Part shown: in pieces, positions 53,099 through 62,844 of the stretch
Position numbering within the stretch: the first letter of the stretch is position 1
Layout of the letters: each line of letters begins with the position of its first letter
From: Spizellomyces punctatus DAOM BR117
Taxonomy: Eukaryota
NCBI GenBank assembly: GCA_000182565.2
Contig: KQ257452.1
Length of the DNA stretch: 64,000 nucleotides
Strand: one strand, 5' to 3'
Translations under genes and position numbers: made by a program
The notes under the pieces: model-generated
What the model saw: the letters and a program-made list of their open reading frames with translations, nothing else
Databases searched by the model: none
Told to the model about the DNA's origin: nothing

Positions 53099-53461
53099 GC
53101 GCATTACAGTATCGAGAGGGAGTTCTTGGCATCTGCAGTTCACGCACAGAGTGATCATATCTCCGTATGCAATTGCTCTGATATTCTAATCACTGAGGTT
53201 ATGATACCCTATCCATAGGGGATGGAGAGGTGGATGGTTGGCGGAGACATGGTCATAATTGTACAGTAGTTCATCTTTTTGTTTTTCCATGCGTGCGTCA
53301 CAGGATTTAATTGAGGCTTCATTTGGCTGAAAAGAAATATTATCAATGGCTGCCATTTGTTCACTGTTGCTTTTTTTGTGTAATTGCGATTGTCTGGTTT
53401 TGGCAAAGCCCCAGGAATAGAGATTTCACAATGCTTGTCAAGTCAAAGTATACAAGTCGAC

Positions 53462-53533
53462 TGTTTGAGTTTTCCACATTTGCGCCAAATATTGGAAGGT
53501 ACAGATCTTGAATTGCTAATTAATTTTCATATT
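53462..53533 (+). repeat. ~72-bp imperfect direct repeat, copy 1 (copy 2 at 56406-56478)
   Basis: tgtttgagtttt...tgcgccaaat...ttggaa.gtacagatctt.aattgctaatt is shared by both copies. Confidence 0.8.
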
Positions 53534-54008
53534 TTGGCAGTATGGCAGTATGGCAGAGGACGCACGTTGTCCTGTGCCGGAATTCAGGTAGCGCGCTTCA
53601 TCATCGAAAGGCTCGGCGAGGTCGTCAAGGCAAAGCGCGGCGCGCGCTGCGGCGAACTCGACATCCTGTGGGACATGGTGGCGCCGAACGGGCGAGATAT
53701 CTTCGAAACTGAAAGTTCTCTGCGCCATGCCCGCATCGATGGAGGAAGCGGAGCTATACCACAGCAAGCTCACCGCGCTCGTCGGCACGTGGCAGCTAGA
53801 CGGGGACTCGGATTCCGAGAATCGGAAGATGGGCAACAAGACACTGATTCTGTATCGTAGCAATGACACGTACATACGATCCCAGAACAACACGTAACAA
53901 ATGATTTCAAAATACAACAAGAATAACAAATACAACAAGAATCCCTAACCCTAACCCCATCCTCTGGGTACGACTGTTACGGCTACTCTCCCGCGTTGTG
54001 TTCACCAG

Positions 54009-55427
54009 TCAGGGTTGAACCGCTTCCTTACTTCCGCCGTCCCTCACATCTCGGCTCCTTTGTTCTTTCCCCTCTCTTCCTCTCTTCGCCTCTCTTCGCC
54101 TGTACTTCTCAAACGCCTCCCTCCTTTTCAACCCTCGTCCATCCCCTTCATACCGCCAAAATGCTTCATGACTCGCTAGAAAGTTCTCTCCGCTCGTCAA
54201 CTTTCCTCTCAACTCCCTATTCTTTAGCTGCTGGTACTCGGATTGAACATTATCAAACGGGTCACACCAAGAGCAACAAGGAGACTCGCGAGGTTCCTTG
54301 CCGTGGTGCCATTTCGACCTGTCGTACGAGCCGTCGTGCCGCTGTAAACATATACAGTGTCTTTTCGAAGGAGAATCAACGCGATACCATGGTGGAGAGC
54401 CGGGATCGTCTGATAAACCTTTGGTAAGTTGTTTTAGGGTTTGCTGTATGGACGGAATGTTGGGGAAGGAATCGGGAATGAGTTGTGGATGACGATAGAG
54501 AAAGCTCGCTATTTGTCGATAGGCGATGGCGTAGATTTCGTACACGGGCGTGTTCGTGGGAAGCCATTTTCGTCCTGTCCAGGTAGGAATCGATTTTGGA
54601 GATTTCGAGGTTAAATCCCTGAGAAGTGCTTTGCGTTGCTGTCTGTGAACCGCGATTGCACCGGAAATGTACACCTTCCAATTGGTTGTCTGCTCTTTCG
54701 TTGGAATGACTTGTTCCATTCCTTGCAATTGGACAACCACATCCAGCTCCTGCACTGCGTTCGGAGTGAATATATTCTCTCCCATAAGCATTGCCTGAAC
54801 CAATGTCTGCATCGTCATTCTCTTGATGATTTGCGCCCGACACTCCGACTGATCAACGATTACAACATCTTCAGCTGAGAGATCCAGCCAAGCGCTGATC
54901 TGCACCCTATCCCTTGTCCTCCCAAAGGATGACAATTCACCGAGTTCCCACCACATCCACTCCTTCCTATCATCTTTAGCAAACAAGCAACCCATCAAAA
55001 CCCAAGATCCGCACAAGAAAGAGCGCAGGTGAATTGGAGCAGCCAATACCAAATCAATGAATTTATCAAAATCATAGCTATATCCAGCCTTCAGTAATTT
55101 CTTTGTCCTCTTCGCAAGCTTAGATGATGATTTCTCTACCCAGTCGTATGCAAAAGAGCGCTCAAGTCCCAATTCTTTTGCGTATTCGGCGACGGCGAGG
55201 GTCTCTTTGTCGATGGCGTTGAAATGAGGGTTAAGGTGCGGTTGCAGGTAATTTTTCCATATGGAGGCGATGGCGTGTGTGGTGAGACTGTGTGGTTTTG
55301 GGATATCCGTAGGTGGAGTAATTAAAGATAGAACACCGTGTGACCGGATATGCGGCTGCCCAAGAAACGTTGTGGTGAACTCGCACCAGTATTTCTCCCA
55401 TGATAGTTGCTTTTGGGATTTTCGCAT
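54009..55427 (-). CDS. Intronless orphan protein (472 aa) with a Cys/His cluster near the C-terminus
   Basis: Long ATG-initiated ORF containing HCIC...HH...CCSWC. No family recognised. Confidence 0.6.
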   Translation of the reverse strand: MRKSQKQLSWEKYWCEFTTTFLGQPHIRSHGVLSLITPPTDIPKPHSLTTHAIASIWKNYLQPHLNPHFNAIDKETLAVAEYAKELGLERSFAYDWVEKSSSKLAKRTKKLLKAGYSYDFDKFIDLVLAAPIHLRSFLCGSWVLMGCLFAKDDRKEWMWWELGELSSFGRTRDRVQISAWLDLSAEDVVIVDQSECRAQIIKRMTMQTLVQAMLMGENIFTPNAVQELDVVVQLQGMEQVIPTKEQTTNWKVYISGAIAVHRQQRKALLRDLTSKSPKSIPTWTGRKWLPTNTPVYEIYAIAYRQIASFLYRHPQLIPDSFPNIPSIQQTLKQLTKGLSDDPGSPPWYRVDSPSKRHCICLQRHDGSYDRSKWHHGKEPRESPCCSWCDPFDNVQSEYQQLKNRELRGKLTSGENFLASHEAFWRYEGDGRGLKRREAFEKYRRREAKRGREGKEQRSRDVRDGGSKEAVQP

Positions 55428-56405
55428 TATGGGATGTTTACTGTTTATCTTTGAGCAGAAATGAGGAGAAGAGTTGCTTTGCGAAAGGACTGAGAGGAAC
55501 AGTCACGCAGGAAAAGGCATTTCGGAACCCTAACCCTAACCAGCCTCAACGACTAAGCCTCCTAAACAATTAGACATTGACAACCAAACGACACAATGTG
55601 GCCTCAACTCTCCGCCGTCCTCCGGGTGAGCGAACCAACGCAGGAGGTATTTCAGATAGAGGTACAGGAGGCACACCGCCCTGTCTGACTTTCGCACCCA
55701 GTAGGTGAGCACCATCTGACAGCCGCGGCGCGTCCCGCAGGAGGGCCTTGATCACTTGAGGATCCATCGCGGCTTCCCATGGAAACAGACCTGACAACAG
55801 CCATATGACCAGGTTAGCGACACTCTCTCACTGCGTGCGGGTGCTCCGGGGCGGTATCATGTGGGAGACCCACGATAGGACGTCCGCCAACGAGACCAAT
55901 TGTCGAGCGAAGCGGGGACCCGACTCTTCGCCGTTACCGGAAGACTCGCAAAGGCCGTGAATTCGGTAAGAGTGTCTGCCAATTCAATGATCGGTCTTGG
56001 AGCACACGCCGACATGTCATTGCTGCGGAGTGCGAGATGGTACTGTAATGATGAGGACGTCTTTGAGAAATCGCGGGCATGCCAAATGAGGATGCGAGTG
56101 AATTGTGCAACCAACTCCTCAAACCGGGATACCGCGACCGAAAAATCCGGTTCGGTAAATTGCAACCAATCGCATTAGATTCCGGCATGCCTCGTGAGAC
56201 CCCGTGAATGCCCAGAAAAGACAGTACCGCGTAATCAGTTGAAGTGCACTAGTTTGGTTTATCTGGAGAATCTTGTATAAAAAGAATGTATTCAATAGAG
56301 CAACGTCGTGAGGCAGAAGCCATAGCGACACCAAAATCCCCATAGCTAGCTTCTCAACTCTAACTTTAAGTCCCCAGGAACCAGGATTCATTGTTTTCTG
56401 TCCGT

Positions 56406-56478
56406 TGTTTGAGTTTTTCTACATGCGCCAAATCGGTTGGAAAGTACAGATCTTAAATTGCTAATTCATTTTTAGATT
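56406..56478 (+). repeat. ~72-bp imperfect direct repeat, copy 2
   Basis: Aligns with 53462-53533. Confidence 0.8.
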
Positions 56479-56916
56479 CAAGCCAATTTTTTCAGGCTCA
56501 ATGTCTTGCATACGATGAAAGGCGACAGCCTTCTGATGCGTTCCATTCAGCTTGTCAGAAGGCTGACGCTGCACGCCACGTCTTTGCATGCCCGATCATC
56601 CCTAAACTCCCGGAGATTGCTACTAAACACGATATCCACGTCGATCTTCTCAAACTTACCCTTTCCCTCATCGTTTCGTCGCGCTCTGGAAGAACGCCGC
56701 ACAAAGATCAACCCTTGACAAAAGCCAAAGCACTCGTATACTATAGGGTTAGGGTTACTACTTGGAGGGCCCAACTGTGAAGATTCTGTAACGTCGCTGT
56801 ACCCCACTCCGGTTGTAGTTGTTGGCAGGCTTGCTGTCTATCAAAAGCGTATCTACTTTTCCCGGAAACCCCACTTTCAGCAAGGTCAATTATCTTGTTC
56901 TTTAGTCATCTTGCAT

Positions 56917-57066
56917 CTGTATAGAAGAGGGGGCGCCTGTATAGTAGAGGGGGCGAGTAGAGGGGGGAGCCTGTATAGTAGAGGGGGGAGCCTGTATAGT
57001 AGAGGGGGGTCTGTATAGCAGAGGAGAGTCTATATAGTAGAGGGGGAACCTGTATAGCATCTGTCG
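56917..57066 (+). repeat. G-rich ~20-bp tandem array (CTGTATAG core) abutting tRNA-Thr
   Basis: Cores at 56917, 56937, 56971, 56992, 57011, 57030 and 57050. Confidence 0.9.
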
Positions 57067-57139
57067 GCCTGTATAGCAAAGTGGTCAATGCGTCAGTCTT
57101 GTAAACTGAAGGTCCCAGGTTCGACTCCTGGTGCAGGCA
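57067..57139 (+). tRNA. tRNA-Thr(TGT)
   Basis: Acceptor GCCTGTA/TGCAGGC, anticodon arm TCAGT-CTTGTAA-ACTGA, GGTTCGACTCC T-arm, downstream T-run. Confidence 0.92.
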
Positions 57140-57675
57140 CTTTGCGTTGGTAAGTAAAAACTTTTTTTTTTCTACAGTAGACGCTGGGTTTTCCTGGCTG
57201 TGCTCTTTACTGCAGGCATTCCAAGGTCAGAGTTTCGGGCTTTCCGACCGTTGCTCTTAACTTCACTTTTTTAATTATCCGCCCCGTTCGCTGCTGTTAC
57301 GGTGAAAGACTGATTGTGTTGTCATCCCTGCAGGCATAAGTGGAGTTCCTCAATGTTTTTTTTGTGAAATGGACACGGCTATGCTAATTGGTTTCCAGGC
57401 CTTCATCTTCATTGCACATCTAACCCTCATCCGTTCCATCTCCCACTGCTATGGTGGAGGACTGATTGTGTTGTCATCATGTATGATTTTTGCTGCAAGA
57501 ACTATTGTGAATTATGAACAGACGCGATGACGTTATCTGGTAGAGTGAGTAGCTATTCTACCTTTTTGATGCACCGCGGTCTTGACTTATGCTGGGTCGT
57601 TATCTGAATAATCCTCAAACCCAGACTTTGTGTTTGCGTGTCTCATTTCCTCACATTCGTTCACTTGTCTCTATA

Positions 57676-59499
57676 ATGGGGGATGTAGGTATCCGATCCA
57701 ATCAGGAAGTTTTTGATGTGGTGGTCGTGGGAGCGGGCATGGCTGGTCTAAGTGCAGGTTAGTGGGATCTTTGCTTGTCATACTGTCCATTAGATGCTGA
57801 TGAGACCAAGTGCAGGTTAGTGGGATCTTTGCTTGTCACACTGTCGATTAGATGCTGATAAAACTTTCCATGTTTCCGTCATGTTCTTGGTTTCGGACCG
57901 TCAGCCAATATACTTCATCGTGCGGGATTGTCAGTTGTTGTGCTGGAAGCTCGGGACCGCATTGGGGGACGGATACATACTTGCATGGATCTTGGGCGGC
58001 CGGTTGATTTGGGGGCAAGGTGAGATCAGCGAAATGGATACTACTGCGTAAACGAACTCTGCGTAAAGTTGTTCTCACTCTTCTAAAGCTGGATTCATGG
58101 GACCGATGGGAACCCCCTTGCGTCCATTCTCCCCTCAAAACGCATATCAACGTCTTCAAGATCCTTATTATTCCGTCCAGACAATTTTCAACCCATTCCA
58201 ATGGACGATGGAGAGGCGCTTTGGGAAAAGTTTTGGGCGCTGCGCGAACGTATGGGAGAGGCTGCCAAGCGCGGACATGGGGATGTATCCATAAAGGAGT
58301 TTGTTGATTCCGATCCTGAGTGGAAGAGTGCCGTTCAAGAGGTGATGAAGCGTTGCTTTTTAGATATTGCGAAGAACGTTCAATGGACTTTACACGATGT
58401 GTGCGTGTTGTTGTATAGACGCCATTGTCACAACTGATGCTTCCCCGTATGACTCAGCTACTAGAGTCAATTGAGGCAGCGGCTTTGGAAAAATGCTCTA
58501 TTAAAGAGTTTGAGGTTGACGAGTATCCGGGAGAACAGGCTTGGCTAATTGATGGATATATGCCTGTATTGGAACAAGTCGCAAAAGACATTTTGAAAAC
58601 TGATGGAGCCGTACGGCTGAATGACGAGGTTGTAAAGATTGATTACAGTGGAGGTTAGTGCCTTGAAATGGATACCAAATGATAGTATGTTTGCATGCTG
58701 ATTGATAGTCATCAGATTGTGACGGCGGAACTAGTTCCCAACAACCGCTGGTGAACATAACCACCGCGTCGGACATTGTTTATGTTGCCCGGAAATGTTT
58801 GGTAACGATTCCACTTGGAGTAATGCAAAACAAGCACACGAGTCTTTTCGTCCCTCCACTTCCTACTGCAAAGCAGCAATCCTTGAACAAGATCGGTTTT
58901 GGACTTCTCGACAAGATCTGTCTCCGCTTCCCCTATCGATTTTGGCCCAACGACGTCGATTTTATCGAAGCTTTTTCAGAAAGGTTGCCATACCCAGGTC
59001 TCACTTCCTTTATCATTGCAAAAGGAGATGAACATGACGACCATATCTTGGTGGCATTCGCTAGCGTAAAGGCAGCTGATATGATTGAATCCATGGCAGA
59101 TGCGGAGGTCACCGAACTGGTGATGCAGGTCCTGCAAAAGTGTTTCAGTCATATGGGACAGATTGTGCCTTACCCCGAGCAGGTAGTCATTACGAGATGG
59201 GGGAAAGATCCCTTTGCCAGAGGAAGTTATTCGGTGGGTGCATTTGTTTCGTTGTCGAGTGACTTATCTCTAATAACGCAACACCACAGCACATGCAGAC
59301 TGGACGGACGACCCACGAAGATAGGGAAGAGTTGGCCAAACCTTTACCTGACCTGATGAGCGGTGAAAAGTTCCCGCGAACACCTACGCTGTTCTTTGCC
59401 GGCGAACACACCGTACGGGACCATTTTGCTACGGTTCATGGTGCTCTCTTGAGCGGATGGCGCGAGGCTGAACGTATTCTAAAGGGGTTGCGTAAATAG
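57676..59499 (+). CDS. Flavin-containing amine oxidase (polyamine oxidase/LSD1-like)
   Basis: [52 protein letters not shown]...TVHGALLSG. Confidence 0.9.
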
Positions 59500-60209
59500 A
59501 GCAGACTTCTTTCAAGATTTGGTGGACGACATCATGTCAGTGCACATTGCGGGACGTTCGGTCATGATAGATAATAGATGTCACTTGATTATCACGATGC
59601 GGGCTCGTGGTTCGCCTCATTGATGCTTGACCCATGCAACGTCTTCAGATATGCGTAGGAACCGGGCCGTTGTTATTCACGTCACCATGGGTTAGGGCTA
59701 CCGTTCTTGACTACGGGTACTCCTCTCGTCTTATCTCGCTCCTGTGCGTTTTTCGTAGTATTTGCAAAGGGCTTCATTGGGAGTTTCCGCCGCCTTTGTA
59801 ATCGTCTTTGAGTAGGCACGCTACCATCATTTTTGGGTAGACAGGCAGCTCGCTCATTGAACCCCTCCTCAACCAGTAGAGCCTCGTCAGTATGATGGTC
59901 TTGGACATCCACGAAGATACGTCGAATCTGTCTGATTGCGACCTATTCAGACATAAAACAACCGATGGGACACGCGAACGCACAGTAGTCATATGACCAA
60001 CATGACCCAGTGAAACCGACGTTAATTGAGTTTGGTCGGAAGATTACGCTGTCTGGCTCCAGCATATAGCATAAAAGCACATTAATATTATTAGAGTAGC
60101 AGAAAATACAAATGTAACTAAAGGTGCTCACTGGATACTTGGACATCAGCCAATCTACGCCTACCATTAGCTATTCACAACTGCATGAAGCGGGGAAGAC
60201 CTATATCAG

Positions 60210-61280
60210 CTACATATCCTTTCTAGACAGGATAGAATCCACCTCATCAAAAAGGGCGACCTTCACCCAACTGTCCATTAGCCGTATCTTCACTCCGGTA
60301 GAGTTTGCTTTCTCTTCTAGAAATGTCATTGTTCGATCGAACCGATCTAGCAAGCGGCTTGGCGGTTGAAGAGGCTTTGTCAAAGGACGGGTAAAGTCAT
60401 CCCAGTGGACGGGGATAACCAGTTTCGCGCCTGTGGCTTCTACCACTTCGCGCCAATACCCCTCTTGATACTCTACAGGTTTTTTCCCGAGCCCTCCGAC
60501 TCCCAGGAAAACCACGTCTACTTTTGGCAGATGGGGGCGACTCAGTAGATTTGGAACATATCCAGCCGACCCTTGCACAAGTATAGTTCGCTTCGTCCCA
60601 TTCTTAAAAATGCGAGTGATATACAGAGAGTAGCAGTCACCAACTGGATATGCTCCCATTCTAACTGGCGGTACGAGAGGGTCGGTAAGAATGGGTGACT
60701 CATTGCCTGCAATGAATCCAAGAAGAGACGGTAGCTCAATGTGCTCAGTTCTTACGAATAAGAGCTCCCATGCGCTTCCATCGGGGTTGTCAAACCGAAC
60801 GACCTCGTCATCGTCAGTAATTGTCTGAATCTGAGATTCAGAGAGATTCCAGCCACGTCCTATGAATGCTGTCGTTGAAGATCCCACGAGCTTTGCTCCA
60901 GTCAAACGACAGATTTCAGGTGAGTCCATGGCGTGGTCAAAGTGGGAATGCATGGCGACAACGGCCTCAAGCCCTTTCTTGGCCATATCGACGCGGTCCA
61001 AGCACTCTTTGATGACGGTGGGGTTAGGGGCTATTTTGCTGAGGAAGAGCTTCTGCTTTCCGGGCCGCGAAAAGTAGCCGTCGGTAAGGATAGAGCTATT
61101 TCCGCTTGTAAAGAGCAAAGATGAGACCCCGAAGAATGTGACGAAGAACGTGTCTTCATCCCTTACGCCGGCCGACGATGTTAGAAATAGACGGCGATAG
61201 TCAGAGAGGGGGTCCCCTTGCAGCATCACCATGATTGCAAACGCCCCAATTAGCAACGCTCCAAATAGCAGTGTCGACAT
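60210..61280 (-). CDS. Intronless metallo-beta-lactamase-fold hydrolase with N-terminal hydrophobic segment
   Basis: HSHFDHAMD metal motif, VIPVHWDDF, ILTDGYFSRP. Confidence 0.85.
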   Translation of the reverse strand: MSTLLFGALLIGAFAIMVMLQGDPLSDYRRLFLTSSAGVRDEDTFFVTFFGVSSLLFTSGNSSILTDGYFSRPGKQKLFLSKIAPNPTVIKECLDRVDMAKKGLEAVVAMHSHFDHAMDSPEICRLTGAKLVGSSTTAFIGRGWNLSESQIQTITDDDEVVRFDNPDGSAWELLFVRTEHIELPSLLGFIAGNESPILTDPLVPPVRMGAYPVGDCYSLYITRIFKNGTKRTILVQGSAGYVPNLLSRPHLPKVDVVFLGVGGLGKKPVEYQEGYWREVVEATGAKLVIPVHWDDFTRPLTKPLQPPSRLLDRFDRTMTFLEEKANSTGVKIRLMDSWVKVALFDEVDSILSRKDM

Positions 61281-61491
61281 TGTCTACTGCGGTCAAGCGA
61301 GGGACGGGAAAGTCCTTTGCCTCATCTTACTGCCAAGAGGCATAATTTGCCCAAACCGATCGTATTAGGTAAGACGTGTCAGTGGATGAAGAGGTGGGGT
61401 TTGAACTTTTGAGCTATTCACAACTGTTTACATTCCTAATGTTGTGCATTGCTTGACAAACTAATATATTCAACAACATATTTGCAGTGCA

Positions 61492-62844
61492 CTATTGTGC
61501 CTGTAGGCCTAAAGCTGTTCTACGAGAGACCGACGCTGGGTCAAAGTAAGGCTTTTCACCTAGACTAACTACACGGTTTCCAAAGCGTTTGTAAACAGCG
61601 GCATCGTAATCGGGACTAGTATAGAAGATATAGACGGACTCAGTATGATATAATTTAAAGGACGTTGGCAATGGAGAGGAAACTTACGTGGCAGCGTGGT
61701 AGGCTGACCGGTTGTCCCAAATCGCTACGTCGTTTGTGTTCCATTTGAAGCGGACCTATTACAAGAGGAGAGCATTCATGAGACTCACATTTTTCACCGT
61801 CCAAAACATATTACTAAACTTACCTGCAAATCATGATTCGCATACACGAGCTTGTTAAAGTATTTCAACAGTTTCTCAGATTCGTATTTGGTCACTCCGT
61901 TCACATGTCCGACATGGTGCCCGACCGCAAACAAACTCTTCCATCCTGTCACAGGGTTTGTTCTGACCACGGGATGAACGGCCTCTAAATTACCACCGAC
62001 GTTTTCTGGTGCGCCACGCGGAGCAGTGTGAAGCTCGAAACCGTTTTCTTGCGCTGCCTTCAGAAATCCGGGCTGGGCGTAGGTAGCAGTCAGACCGTCA
62101 AGGAACTTTTGGTAAGCGGGAGAAAGGCGGTCATATGCTTCATATCCAGATGCCCATAAGGTATCGCCGCCGGTAGGAGGGATTTGTTTAATTTGGAGAA
62201 TGGAGTAATCTGAAGGAATTGGCTCAAAAGTAATGTCAGAGTGCCACTGCTCAGATCCGAATCGGTCCCTGTTGATGCCGAAAGCGCTCTTGTAAACTTT
62301 CCGGCCTTGTTCAGAGGAGATAACTGAAATCTCGTGATCTTTCTCCCCTCGTTCATTGACCTTGATGCCGTCCTCGCGATCGGCATTGGCAACAGGATGA
62401 ATGTGCAGCTTGGATGTCGCAGGTTTTCCTGTAAGTTCCCCAAGCTTTTGACCGAGGATCTTTTGTTGTTCGAGAGTCAAATCTTGGTTGCGGAAGAAAA
62501 CCACGCCGCGTTCGGAAACTATTGTATTTGTATTATAGCGTTATGAGTGTTACGTAGGTTTACAGGAATGTGAAAATATATTTACCAGTGATAGCAAGAT
62601 CTCGAATTAGCTCATCTGCGTTGGGTGCATTCAGCAGATCCTTAATTTGAACGCTGGGGTATTCGCGGCCAATGTTCACGGTCAAGTCCACGTGCGCGTG
62701 CTTGTCAAGAGCTCCGGAGGCTTTCAGAGGTTGGCGCTGCAAGCTGCCTTGGTTGTTGTTCTGCTTGCCTGAAATCGTAGCTGCCTTTAGATTCTGAGCA
62801 AGAGCGTGCACGGGCTCAATGATGTGTTCGACGGCGGGAGGCAT
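61492..62844 (-). CDS. TauD/TfdA-family alpha-ketoglutarate-dependent dioxygenase (Jlp1-like)
   Basis: WHSDITFE, GGDTLW, HPVVRTNPVTG, AIWDNRSAYHAA. Confidence 0.92.

Noticed and set aside
54009-55427. Fanzor/TnpB, transposase or tyrosine recombinase identity for the orphan ORF
   Set aside because: I could not identify RuvC, DDE or R-H-R-Y catalytic motifs by eye.
56917-57066. CRISPR-like appearance of the short-repeat array
   Set aside because: There are no unique spacers, the units are near-identical minisatellite copies, the context is eukaryotic and no cas genes are present.
53272-57179. Scattered TACAGTA motifs (53272, 57173)
   Set aside because: A 7-mer is expected several times by chance in 64 kb; only the cluster near the MITE was kept.
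57308-57478. 19-bp direct repeat GACTGATTGTGTTGTCATC
   Set aside because: Isolated pair with no supporting context.
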